IMG/VR virus record: IMGVR_UViG_2529293140_000002 | Length of the DNA stretch: 36,706 nt | Reading direction: 5' to 3' (one strand) | Source: a virus | Lineage: Duplodnaviria > Heunggongvirae > Uroviricota > Caudoviricetes | Part shown: one piece after another, positions 1 to 8,243 of the stretch | Position numbering within the stretch: the first letter of the stretch is position 1 | How the letters are laid out: every line of letters starts with the position of its first letter | Position numbers and translations under genes: made by a program | The notes under the pieces: model-generated | Told to the model about the DNA's origin: nothing | Databases searched by the model: none | What the model saw: only the letters and a program-made list of their open reading frames with translations

Positions 1-1053
1 TTACGGGGTAATGCCAACCGCTGCCGCCACTTTGTCGCCACTTGGCAGCGTTGCCAGAGGATTGAAACGGAGCGCCGTTTCCAGATGATCCGGTGCCAGA
101 TGTGCGTAACGCATAGTCATTTTTATATCGTGGTGTCCGAGAATTTTTTGTAAGGCCAGAATGTTTCCACCCGACATCATGAAGTGCGCCGCAAACGTAT
201 GGCGCAGAACGTGTGTGAGTTGACCGCGAGGGAGCACGATAGACGTTTTTTCCATCACGGATAAAAATTGAAAATAGCAGTCTGTGAAGAAATTGAACCC
301 ATCAAGCGCCATGATCTCTTCGTAAAGCTCTTTACTGATAGGGATGCTTCTGTTTTTCTTCCCCTTCGTTCTTACAAAGGTAATTCGGTATTTGGTCACC
401 TGTGAACGAGTAAGATTTACGGCTTCTCGCCAGCGTGCGCCTGTGCTTAAGCATATCTTAACTACCAGTGCCAGAATTGGGTCCTGACGTTTGCAATCAG
501 CCAGTAATTCAACAATCTGCTCATGGGTAAGCCATGCCATCTCTTTTTCTGCGATGGTGAATTTTCGCATGTTCTCCAGTGGGTTCGGATACGACCATTC
601 GCCCAGGCGGGATAGTTCGCTAAAAACACTACTTAGATAGCTTTGCTCCAGGTTAATGGTGACCGGGCTTGCTCCTTTCTTCCATTTCTCGCTGAAGTAG
701 ATCTCACCTGTCAGGCGTTTATCTCGATAGTGGGCAAACATTTTAGAGGTTAGATCAGTTGCAAGGGGATTGCCCAGAGCGTCAACCATCAGCAGCAATT
801 TGTCATAGACATGCTGCCCAGCAGTCAGTGATTTACCATGTAGTTTGAACCATAGCTCAACCACGTCTTTCAGTGTTCGACGATCCACTGATTCACCTAG
901 CCAGGGCTTTGCTTCGGTTTCTTCCATCGTGTGACGCTCAAAAGCCAGTGCTTCGCCTTTGGTGGCGAATTGTTTACGCACACGACGCCCACTACGTCCG
1001 GCGGGGTAACATTCGCAAAGCCATTTTCCTGTGGTGAGTTTTCGTACAGCCAT
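1..1053 (-). CDS. int: Tyrosine integrase, P2/186 family
   Basis: ORF 1-1131 minus; likely start is the ATG at 1053-1051 (MAVRKLTTGKW...) preceded by GGAGGG; C-terminal catalytic region with HxxRHT-like motif (LTHVLRHTFAAH) and tyrosine (MRYAHL). Stop codon sits at window positions 1-3. Last codons overlap the att core repeat. Confidence 0.9.
   Translation of the reverse strand: MAVRKLTTGKWLCECYPAGRSGRRVRKQFATKGEALAFERHTMEETEAKPWLGESVDRRTLKDVVELWFKLHGKSLTAGQHVYDKLLLMVDALGNPLATDLTSKMFAHYRDKRLTGEIYFSEKWKKGASPVTINLEQSYLSSVFSELSRLGEWSYPNPLENMRKFTIAEKEMAWLTHEQIVELLADCKRQDPILALVVKICLSTGARWREAVNLTRSQVTKYRITFVRTKGKKNRSIPISKELYEEIMALDGFNFFTDCYFQFLSVMEKTSIVLPRGQLTHVLRHTFAAHFMMSGGNILALQKILGHHDIKMTMRYAHLAPDHLETALRFNPLATLPSGDKVAAAVGITP
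19..40. repeat. att core, left copy (CGCTGCCGCCACTTTGTCGCCA)
   Basis: 22-bp sequence repeated in direct orientation at 33852-33873 with one mismatch (C at 30 versus T at 33863); flanking sequence diverges on both sides; lies at the integrase 3' end as expected for a P2-family attachment site. Confidence 0.6.
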
Positions 1054-1241
1054 AAAAAATGCCCTCCAATAGAGAGCATTTTTACTGTATGTATAACCAG
1101 TGTCAATGTATGAAATCCTGCGACCATACATCTCACTGAAGCCATAATGAAGTAGGCTATTCTTTTTGCTATGTGATCATGTAACTTTTGCGGTTAACCT
1201 GTGGCTCATTTTTATTTTAGGCGCAGATATAAAAGCAAAAG

Positions 1242-1433
1242 TTATCGTGAGTTTTTAGTACAGATTTTTTTGGATTTACTAATAGTTCCATCATTGCAAA
1301 CGAATTTGCCATCAGAGGTACAGTGAGAAACACCTCCCTTTTTCCCTGAGCAGGGATAATTTCTAGCATAGGTAGCTAGTGGGTTTAATAACAAAGAACA
1401 TGACAAAACCACAAAAAATACCTTACCAAGCAT
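1242..1433 (-). CDS. Small secreted cysteine-containing peptide, hypothetical (candidate moron)
   Basis: 63-aa ORF with an N-terminal hydrophobic signal-like segment ([23 protein letters not shown]) and a Cys-rich mature part; GGGAG Shine-Dalgarno 6 nt upstream; lies 15 bp downstream of the cI stop on the same strand; AT-rich relative to the phage backbone. Confidence 0.45.
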   Translation of the reverse strand: MLGKVFFVVLSCSLLLNPLATYARNYPCSGKKGGVSHCTSDGKFVCNDGTISKSKKICTKNSR

Positions 1434-1448
1434 AATTTACTCCCGGTA

Positions 1449-2018
1449 CTATTTAACATACTTGACTGTTAAACTTATAATTTTACCAATTATTTCAATG
1501 TCTTCTATCTTACATTCAAAGGCTCTGTTTCCACCCTCGACGAAGATTCTTCCACCGGGTAAACGAGTAATGTCACGGATCGTTATTTCGCCATCAATAC
1601 TTATTACCCATTTACCATCACGTATATCATCAAATTCCTTATCACAAATAAATTCAGAATTATTATCTGTGATTACAAAAAGATTCTTGAATGCCGACGG
1701 TAGAAATTCTCTATCGAAAATATAAAAACCGTCTTCACACAAGGCCCCATCAGATAATACATATTTAGCAACTTCCATAGTATTTGTATTACCTGAAGTT
1801 TGCTTTGAACCATGCCCGGTTGTGAGCCAATTAAGCGAGGTGCCTGTTTCAAGGGCGCACTGGATTACCCATTCTGCTGGGAATGAGTCACGCATGTAGC
1901 GTGTGGCGAGTGTACTTTTAGAGATTCCTAAATGATCGCACAACGCCTGTCGAGTCTTGAATCCATAAGCTTCTACCATGCGCTCTATGGCGCCTCGTCC
2001 GCCTTTCTCCAAATTCAT
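1449..2018 (-). CDS. cI: CI-type immunity repressor (phage 186 CI-like)
   Basis: ORF 1449-2024 minus; likely start ATG at 2018-2016 with GGAG upstream; N-terminal region (EAYGF...LGISKSTLATRY...CALETGTSLNWLTTG) resembles the 186 CI helix-turn-helix domain as I recall it; position between int and the rightward early operon. Confidence 0.75.
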   Translation of the reverse strand: MNLEKGGRGAIERMVEAYGFKTRQALCDHLGISKSTLATRYMRDSFPAEWVIQCALETGTSLNWLTTGHGSKQTSGNTNTMEVAKYVLSDGALCEDGFYIFDREFLPSAFKNLFVITDNNSEFICDKEFDDIRDGKWVISIDGEITIRDITRLPGGRIFVEGGNRAFECKIEDIEIIGKIISLTVKYVK

Positions 2019-2042
2019 GGTCACTCCAAGTGAACTTTTATC

Positions 2043-2071
2043 TTGACGATTTCACCGTGCGATCGTATGTT
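2043..2071 (+). promoter_or_regulatory. Candidate sigma70 early rightward promoter (pR-like)
   Basis: TTGACG (2043-2048), 17-bp spacer, TATGTT (2066-2071), about 70 bp upstream of the apl/cox-like start; flanked by short inverted repeats (GTGAAC...GTTCAC) that could be operator half-sites. Confidence 0.4.
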
Positions 2072-2143
2072 TATGGTGTTCACAAAATACAAACGATCCG
2101 TATTCGTCCTGATTAATCATCATTAAACGAGGAATGTTGCATC

Positions 2144-2365
2144 ATGAGACCTAACATTTCAATCACTCTTACCACGCCTCATGTGACTATTGAACGCTAT
2201 AGCGAGCTGACAGGGCTATCCATCGATACCATCAATGACATGTTGGCTGATGGACGCCTTATCCGTCACCGTCTGCGCAAAGATAAAAAACGCGAAAAAG
2301 TGATGATCAACATAGCAGCAATGACCGTTGATGCGCTTTCAGAATGCAATCTAAACCTTAATTAG
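2144..2365 (+). CDS. Apl/Cox-like excisionase and transcriptional regulator (small HTH protein)
   Basis: 73-aa ORF, first gene of the rightward operon opposite cI, basic C-terminus; position equivalent to P2 cox and 186 apl. Confidence 0.55.
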   Translation: MRPNISITLTTPHVTIERYSELTGLSIDTINDMLADGRLIRHRLRKDKKREKVMINIAAMTVDALSECNLNLN

Positions 2366-2397
2366 TTCGATTCTGAAATACATCAGAGGCATTGACC

Positions 2398-2907
2398 ATG
2401 TTTGATTACCAAGTTTCCAAACATCCACATTTTGATGAAGCCTGTCGTGCATTTGCACTGCGCCACAATCTGGTGCAACTGGCAGAACGTGCAGGCATGA
2501 ATGTGCAGATTCTGCGGAACAAGCTGAACCCAGCTCAGCCTCATTTATTAACCGCACCAGAAATCTGGCTGCTTACCGATCTGACTGAAGATTCAACGCT
2601 GGTAGATGGTTTTCTGGCACAGATTCATTGTCTGCCATGTGTACCGATTAATGAGGTGGCAAAAGAGAAACTGCCACATTACGTCATGAGTGCAACCGCA
2701 GAGATCGGGCGTGTTGCTGCAGGTGCGGTGTCTGGCGATGTAAAAACCTGTGCCGGTCGTCGTGATGCTATCAGCAGCATTAACTCTGTAACACGACTGA
2801 TGGCGCTGGCGGCTGTTTCATTGCAGGCCCGTTTACAGGCTAATCCTGCGATGGCGAGTGCAGTTGATACCGTGACTGGCCTCGGTGCTTCATTTGGTTT
2901 GCTGTGA
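2398..2907 (+). CDS. cII: CII-like lysogeny establishment activator (phage 186 CII family)
   Basis: ORF 2392-2907; ATG at 2398 gives [20 protein letters not shown]...[25 protein letters not shown], which matches my recollection of 186 CII closely; size about 169 aa. Confidence 0.75.
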   Translation: MFDYQVSKHPHFDEACRAFALRHNLVQLAERAGMNVQILRNKLNPAQPHLLTAPEIWLLTDLTEDSTLVDGFLAQIHCLPCVPINEVAKEKLPHYVMSATAEIGRVAAGAVSGDVKTCAGRRDAISSINSVTRLMALAAVSLQARLQANPAMASAVDTVTGLGASFGLL

Positions 2908-2914
2908 GGTGCTT

Positions 2915-3115
2915 ATGCTGACGAAAGAACCATCATTTGCATCGCTGCTGGTTAAACAAAGCCCGGCAATGCATTACGGTCACGGCTGGATCATGGGGGA
3001 GGATGGTAAACGCTGGCATCCGTGCCGTTCACAAGATGAATTGCTGGCAGAACTATCTACGAAAAAACGGGGGAACAAATGGCTATTGAAGGCACTGCGG
3101 CGACTGTTCCATTAA
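2915..3115 (+). CDS. Small early protein, hypothetical (position of phage 186 fil)
   Basis: ORF 2885-3115; internal ATG at 2915 preceded by GAGGTG; overlaps the cII stop region. Confidence 0.45.
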   Translation: MLTKEPSFASLLVKQSPAMHYGHGWIMGEDGKRWHPCRSQDELLAELSTKKRGNKWLLKALRRLFH

Positions 3116-3420
3116 GCCCCGGTGAACGCCTGAATGGACTTAATCACATTGCGGAGTTAAGGGCGAAAGTTTTTGGCCTGAATATTGAGTCAGAGCTTGA
3201 GCGGTTTATTAAAGATATGCGTGATTCACGGGATATTAATAGCGAACAAAATAAACGGGCACTGGCTGCCATATTCTTTATGGCAAAAATTCCAGCTGAA
3301 CGTCATAGCATCAGCATTAATGAGCTGACCACTGACGAAAAGCGGGAGTTGATTAAAGCAATGAATCATTTTCGTGCAGTGGTGAGCTTATTTCCCAGAC
3401 GGCTAACCATGCCGAATTAA
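3079..3420 (+). CDS. Early-operon protein, hypothetical
   Basis: 113-aa ORF with Shine-Dalgarno-like GGGGGAA upstream; codon usage consistent with neighbours. Confidence 0.5.
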   Translation: MAIEGTAATVPLSPGERLNGLNHIAELRAKVFGLNIESELERFIKDMRDSRDINSEQNKRALAAIFFMAKIPAERHSISINELTTDEKRELIKAMNHFRAVVSLFPRRLTMPN

Positions 3421-3487
3421 CCAACTAATGAAATTAATGGCGTAAACCCGCCGGGCATCCCTTTATCTAAATTCAGGAGAATTGATT

Positions 3488-3721
3488 ATGCGTAATATTG
3501 AAACCCTCTCGACCAAAACCGGACCGGATGACGCAGGGCTTAATATTTTACTGACAGAGGCTCGTCTGGAAGAACGCCGGGCAAGGGCTGAAGCAATGGC
3601 AGCTCGCCTTGATAGCTTGGCGTGTCATATCACATCCCGCCAGCTAACCCACGTCGAAGCGGCAGAACTGCTTCGTGTGACTGCTGAAGCAATCCAGAAC
3701 GAAGCGCAGGAGATCCACTAA
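3488..3721 (+). CDS. Early-operon protein, hypothetical
   Basis: ORF 3482-3721; ATG at 3488 preceded by AGGAGA; stop overlaps the next start (TAATG). Confidence 0.5.
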   Translation: MRNIETLSTKTGPDDAGLNILLTEARLEERRARAEAMAARLDSLACHITSRQLTHVEAAELLRVTAEAIQNEAQEIH

Positions 3722-3948
3722 TGGCTGATGCAATGGATCTCGTACAGCAGCGCGTTGAAGAAGAACGCCAACGCCATATCCGTGCTGCCCGTGCCAAAAC
3801 GCCGGGCGTGTCCCGCGTGCTTTGCATTGAGTGTGAAGCGCCAATTCCGCCAGCACGCCGCCGTGCCATTCCGGGTGTGCAGCTTTGCATTACCTGTCAG
3901 GAAATCGCAGAGCTGAAAGGCAAACATTACAACGGAGGTGCTGTATGA
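3721..3948 (+). CDS. TraR/DksA-family C4 zinc-finger protein
   Basis: 75-aa ORF with CxxC...CxxC spacing (CIECEAPIPPARRRAIPGVQLCITCQ) typical of phage and plasmid TraR/DksA-like zinc fingers. Confidence 0.7.
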   Translation: MADAMDLVQQRVEEERQRHIRAARAKTPGVSRVLCIECEAPIPPARRRAIPGVQLCITCQEIAELKGKHYNGGAV

Positions 3949-4802
3949 GCACCATCCTGAAATGGGCGGGAAATAAAACTGCCATAATGTCCGAACTGAA
4001 AAAACATCTTCCTGCTGGCCCGCGACTGGTTGAACCTTTCGCGGGTTCCTGTGCTGTGATGATGGAGACGGATTATCCCAGCTATCTGGTTGCGGATATT
4101 AATCCTGATTTAATCAACCTCTATAAAAAGGTTGCCGCTGATTGTGAATCGTTTATATCTCGCGCCAGAGTTTTATTTGAGATCGCAAACAGGGAGGTGG
4201 CTTATTACAACATAAGGCAGGAGTTTAATTACTCAACTGAAATTACTGATTTCATGAAAGCGGTATATTTCCTGTATCTCAATCGTCACGGTTACCGTGG
4301 TTTATGTCGCTATAACAAGAGCGGGCATTTCAACATTCCCTACGGTAATTATAAAAATCCGTATTTCCCTGAAAAAGAAATTCGCGCATTTGCAGAAAAG
4401 GCCCAGCGAGCAACGTTTATCTGCGCCAGCTTTGATGAAACGCTGGCGATGTTGAAGGCGGGGGATGTGGTGTATTGCGATCCGCCGTATGACGGTACGT
4501 TTTCCGGCTATCACACTGACGGCTTCACTGAAGATGACCAGTATCACCTGGCATCTGTTCTTGAACATCGGTCATCAGAAGGACATCCGGTCATTGTTTC
4601 TAACAGTGACACATCCCTGATCCGTTCGCTGTATCGCAATTTTACTCACCACTACATCAAGGCAAAACGCAGCATCGGTGTGGCAGCTGGCGAGGGTAAA
4701 TCAGCAACAGAAATCATTGCTGTTTCCGGGCCGCGCTGCTGGGTGGGATTTGATTATTCGCGTGGCGTGGATAGTTCTGCCGTGTACGGAGTACGTGCAT
4801 GA
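3945..4802 (+). CDS. dam: DNA adenine methyltransferase (Dam family, N6-adenine MTase)
   Basis: ATG at 3945 with GGAGGT upstream; N-terminal SAM-binding region (LKWAGNK...[10 protein letters not shown]) and the DPPY catalytic motif (VYCDPPYDG); stop overlaps the gene A start (ATGA). Confidence 0.85.
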   Translation: MSTILKWAGNKTAIMSELKKHLPAGPRLVEPFAGSCAVMMETDYPSYLVADINPDLINLYKKVAADCESFISRARVLFEIANREVAYYNIRQEFNYSTEITDFMKAVYFLYLNRHGYRGLCRYNKSGHFNIPYGNYKNPYFPEKEIRAFAEKAQRATFICASFDETLAMLKAGDVVYCDPPYDGTFSGYHTDGFTEDDQYHLASVLEHRSSEGHPVIVSNSDTSLIRSLYRNFTHHYIKAKRSIGVAAGEGKSATEIIAVSGPRCWVGFDYSRGVDSSAVYGVRA

Positions 4803-7213
4803 GTCATGCCGATATGAACAACTGCTGCGGCTTTAACGAAGCTGCCGCATCGTTCTCATGGAACAGCTCGAAAAAGGCCATTAACCCTTATCTGGACCCG
4901 GTGGAAGTTGCGCCGGTTTCTACGCTTTCAAACCTGATCACTCTGTACGCTGCCGATAACGAGCAGGAACAGCTGCGCCGTGAGGCGCTGAGTGATCAGG
5001 TCTGGGAGCGTTATTTCTTTAATGAATCCCGTGATCCTGTCCAGCGCGAAATGGAACAGGATAAGCTCATTAGTCGGGCAAAGCTGGCGCATGAGCAGCA
5101 GCGTTTTAATCCGGATATGGTCATTCTGGCGGACGTCAACGCCCAGCCTTCCCATATCAGCAAGCCGCTGATGCAACGTATTGAATACTTCAGCAGCCTG
5201 GGCAGGCCAAAGGCTTATTCCCGCTATTTACGTGAGACGATTAAGCCATGTCTGGAACGACTGGAGCATGTACGCGACAGTCAGCTATCTGCATCTTTTC
5301 GCTTTATGGCAAGCCATGAAGGGCTGGACGGCCTGCTGATCCTGCCTGAAATGAGTCAGGATCAGGTGAAACGCCTGTCCACCCTGGTAGCTGCGCATAT
5401 GAGTATGTGCCTTGATGCCGCTTGTGGCGATTTGTATGCCACCGATGACGTTAAGCCAGAAGAAATCCGCAATACATGGGAAAGGGTGGCAGCGGAAACC
5501 CTGCGTCTGGATGTCATCCCGCCTGCGTTTGAGCAACTCCGTCGGAAAAGAAACCGCCGTAAACCCGTGCCCTATGAACTCATTCCGGGTTCGCTGGCGC
5601 GTATGTTGTGCGCCGACTGGTGGTATCGGAAATTATGGAAGATGCGTTGCGAATGGCGGGAAGAGCAGTTGCGTGCTGTCTGCCTTGTCAGCAAAAAAGC
5701 ATCTCCCTATGTCAGCTATGAAGCCGTGTTGCATAAACGTGAGCAGCGCCGTAAGTCGCTGGAGTTTTTCCGTTCTCATGAACTGGTGAACGAAGACGGC
5801 GACACGCTAGACATGGAGGATGTGGTAAACGCCAGCAGCAGCAACCCTGCGCATCGCCGCAATGAGATGATGGCCTGTGTTAAAGGTCTGGAGCTTATCG
5901 CGGAAATGCGCGGTGACTGCGCCGTTTTCTACACCATCACCTGTCCGTCACGTTTCCATTCCACGCTAAATAACGGCAGGCCCAACCCGACCTGGACAAA
6001 TGCGACGGTAAGACAAAGCAGCGATTATCTGGTCGGTATGTTTGCTGCATTTCGTAAGGCGATGCACAAAGCCGGGTTGCGCTGGTATGGCGTGCGGGTG
6101 GCTGAGCCGCATCACGACGGCACAGTTCACTGGCACCTGTTGTGTTTCATGCGCAAAAAAGACCGCCGCGCCATTACAGCATTGTTGCGTAAGTTTGCTA
6201 TCCGTGAAGACCGCGAGGAGCTGGGCAATAACACGGGGCCGCGCTTTAAGTCTGAGCTGATTAACCCGCGCAAAGGAACGCCGACAAGCTACATAGCGAA
6301 ATACATCAGTAAGAACATTGACGGGCGTGGTCTGACTGGCGAGATCAGCAAGGAAACGGGTAAATCTCTGCGTGATAACGCTGAATACGTGAATGCCTGG
6401 GCGTCTTTGCATCGTGTTCAGCAATTCCGCTTCTTTGGCATTCCGGGGCGTCAGGCTTACCGTGAACTGCGATTGCTGGCTGGTCAGGCGGCAAGGCAAA
6501 AGGGGGACAAAAAAGCAGGTGCGCCGGTACTGGATAACCCGCGCCTTGATGCCATCCTGGCTGCTGCTGATGCTGGTTGTTTTGCCACCTACATCATGAA
6601 GCAGGGCGGCGTACTGGTTCCCCGTAAATATCACCTCATCAGAACCGCTTATGAAATCAACGAAGAGCCGACCGCCTATGGCGATCACGGCATTCGTATT
6701 TATGGCATCTGGTCACCCATTGCAGAGGGCAAGATCTGCACTCATGCAGTGAAGTGGAAAATGGTTCGTAAAGCCGTTGACGTTCAGGAGGCGGCAGCCG
6801 ACCAGGGCGCTTGCGCCCCTTGGACTCGTGGCAATAACTGTCCCCTTGCTGAAAATTTGAACCAACAGGAGAAAGATAAATCAGCTGATGGGGACACCAG
6901 AACGGACATTACCCGCATGGATGACAAGGAGTTGCACGATTACCTGCACAGTATGAGCAAAAAAGAGCGCCGGGAACTGGCTGCAAGGTTACGCCTGGTG
7001 AAACCGAAACGGCGTAAAGACTACAAACAGCGAATTACAGACCATCAGCGACTGCAGCTCGTCTATGAGCTGAAGTCCAGAGGATTTGATGGTAACGAGA
7101 AAGAGGTCGATTTACTCCTTCGCGGCGGCAGTATTCCGTCAGGAGCAGGCCTGCGTATCTTCTATCGGAACCAGCGTTTGCAGGAAGATGATAAGTGGCG
7201 GAACCTGTATTAA
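4799..7213 (+). CDS. A: Replication initiation protein A (P2 gpA-like rolling-circle endonuclease)
   Basis: 804-aa ORF; conserved blocks recognisable from P2 gpA ([45 protein letters not shown]...AYRELR). Confidence 0.9.
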   Translation: MSHADMNNCCGFNEAAASFSWNSSKKAINPYLDPVEVAPVSTLSNLITLYAADNEQEQLRREALSDQVWERYFFNESRDPVQREMEQDKLISRAKLAHEQQRFNPDMVILADVNAQPSHISKPLMQRIEYFSSLGRPKAYSRYLRETIKPCLERLEHVRDSQLSASFRFMASHEGLDGLLILPEMSQDQVKRLSTLVAAHMSMCLDAACGDLYATDDVKPEEIRNTWERVAAETLRLDVIPPAFEQLRRKRNRRKPVPYELIPGSLARMLCADWWYRKLWKMRCEWREEQLRAVCLVSKKASPYVSYEAVLHKREQRRKSLEFFRSHELVNEDGDTLDMEDVVNASSSNPAHRRNEMMACVKGLELIAEMRGDCAVFYTITCPSRFHSTLNNGRPNPTWTNATVRQSSDYLVGMFAAFRKAMHKAGLRWYGVRVAEPHHDGTVHWHLLCFMRKKDRRAITALLRKFAIREDREELGNNTGPRFKSELINPRKGTPTSYIAKYISKNIDGRGLTGEISKETGKSLRDNAEYVNAWASLHRVQQFRFFGIPGRQAYRELRLLAGQAARQKGDKKAGAPVLDNPRLDAILAAADAGCFATYIMKQGGVLVPRKYHLIRTAYEINEEPTAYGDHGIRIYGIWSPIAEGKICTHAVKWKMVRKAVDVQEAAADQGACAPWTRGNNCPLAENLNQQEKDKSADGDTRTDITRMDDKELHDYLHSMSKKERRELAARLRLVKPKRRKDYKQRITDHQRLQLVYELKSRGFDGNEKEVDLLLRGGSIPSGAGLRIFYRNQRLQEDDKWRNLY

Positions 7214-7305
7214 TTACGCGGGTTAACAATTCGTGCTCTTAATAATACCAGGCATATCAGGCTGATGAACGTAAAAAAACGTTTTACATCAGTAATATTA
7301 TTATA

Positions 7306-7325
7306 TACTGTAAATATAAACAGTA
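7306..7325 (+). promoter_or_regulatory. LexA operator (SOS box) TACTGTAAATATAAACAGTA
   Basis: Perfect CTGT-N8-ACAG palindrome with AT-rich spacer matching the E. coli LexA box consensus; about 40 bp upstream of the 7367 ATG, which has an AGGAGG Shine-Dalgarno. Confidence 0.7.
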
Positions 7326-7366
7326 GTTATCTATACAGTATTGTTTGCGGTGTCATAGGAGGAAAG

Positions 7367-7555
7367 ATGCAGGACTATTTTTTGGAGTCTTTGAAGCTCC
7401 AGCGCATTGATTTTTTTCTTAAGCTTGTAGCGGCTAGTGAGTGTAGTGATGAAGAGAAGGGGCTGGCTCTGCAGTGGGTTTCTGAACTGACAGATGAACT
7501 CATGGCAAAAATCAGAACCCACGAATACAACCGCTCAATGGATGTCATCAGCTGA
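7367..7555 (+). CDS. Small SOS-regulated protein, possible Tum-like antirepressor N-terminal module
   Basis: ORF 7265-7555; internal ATG at 7367 lies just downstream of the LexA box with a strong Shine-Dalgarno; 62 aa; followed 10 bp later by the DinI-like gene. Confidence 0.5.
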   Translation: MQDYFLESLKLQRIDFFLKLVAASECSDEEKGLALQWVSELTDELMAKIRTHEYNRSMDVIS

Positions 7556-7565
7556 GGTGACTTTT

Positions 7566-7799
7566 ATGCGCATTGAAATAATGATCGATAAAGAGCAGAA
7601 GATTAGCCAGTCTACACTGGACGCCCTTGAATCCGAGCTTTACCGCAATCTGCGCCCTCTGTATCCCAAAACGGTAATCCGTATCCGTAAAGGTAGCTCT
7701 AACGGTGTGGAACTGACCGGACTGCAACCGGACGAAGAAAGAAAACAAGTGATGAAAATTATGCAGAAGGTGTGGGAAGACGACAGCTGGCTGCATTAA
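7566..7799 (+). CDS. DinI-family protein (Tum C-terminal-like)
   Basis: ATG at 7566 preceded by GAGGTGA; 77 aa beginning MRIEIMIDK with acidic C-terminus (WEDDSWL), matching the DinI fold pattern as I recall it (MRIEVTIAK...WESADDW). Confidence 0.7.
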   Translation: MRIEIMIDKEQKISQSTLDALESELYRNLRPLYPKTVIRIRKGSSNGVELTGLQPDEERKQVMKIMQKVWEDDSWLH

Positions 7800-8243
7800 G
7801 AAATGTTGCCCCCAGGAGGATTCATTCTAATGGGGGCTAGTTTGGGCAACGAGTGAAACGAGGCGTAAGGTGGGTAATCATTTTGATAAGTGATCGCCCA
7901 CTTTGTGCCAAAAGCGGACATCGCAGATATGACAATATGTTAGTCAACCGCGATTAGATCAGTCAGTTGGAGATGGGGGGAAGTTACAAAAACTTGTCGT
8001 CCGCCATCTCCGACTACGGGTATTCTTAACTGTACATGCTCTTTCAATCGATGATTTTTGAGTAAGTGACTAACCTATTGTTTTGATAGTAATTAAACGT
8101 ATAAACGTGCGGAGTTAATTTGAAAGTTATGTGTCTATGTTTGACAAGCAAAATTTTAAAGATTGGTTTTATCCACAGGTAATTTATGCTATTAATAGCC
8201 TCAAGCCCTGTAATTATTTTTATTTAAATGGATAAATTTGAAA

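Noticed and set aside
5966-6688. 240-aa minus-strand ORF inside replication gene A
   Set aside because: Overlaps the conserved catalytic region of gpA on the opposite strand; no independent support.
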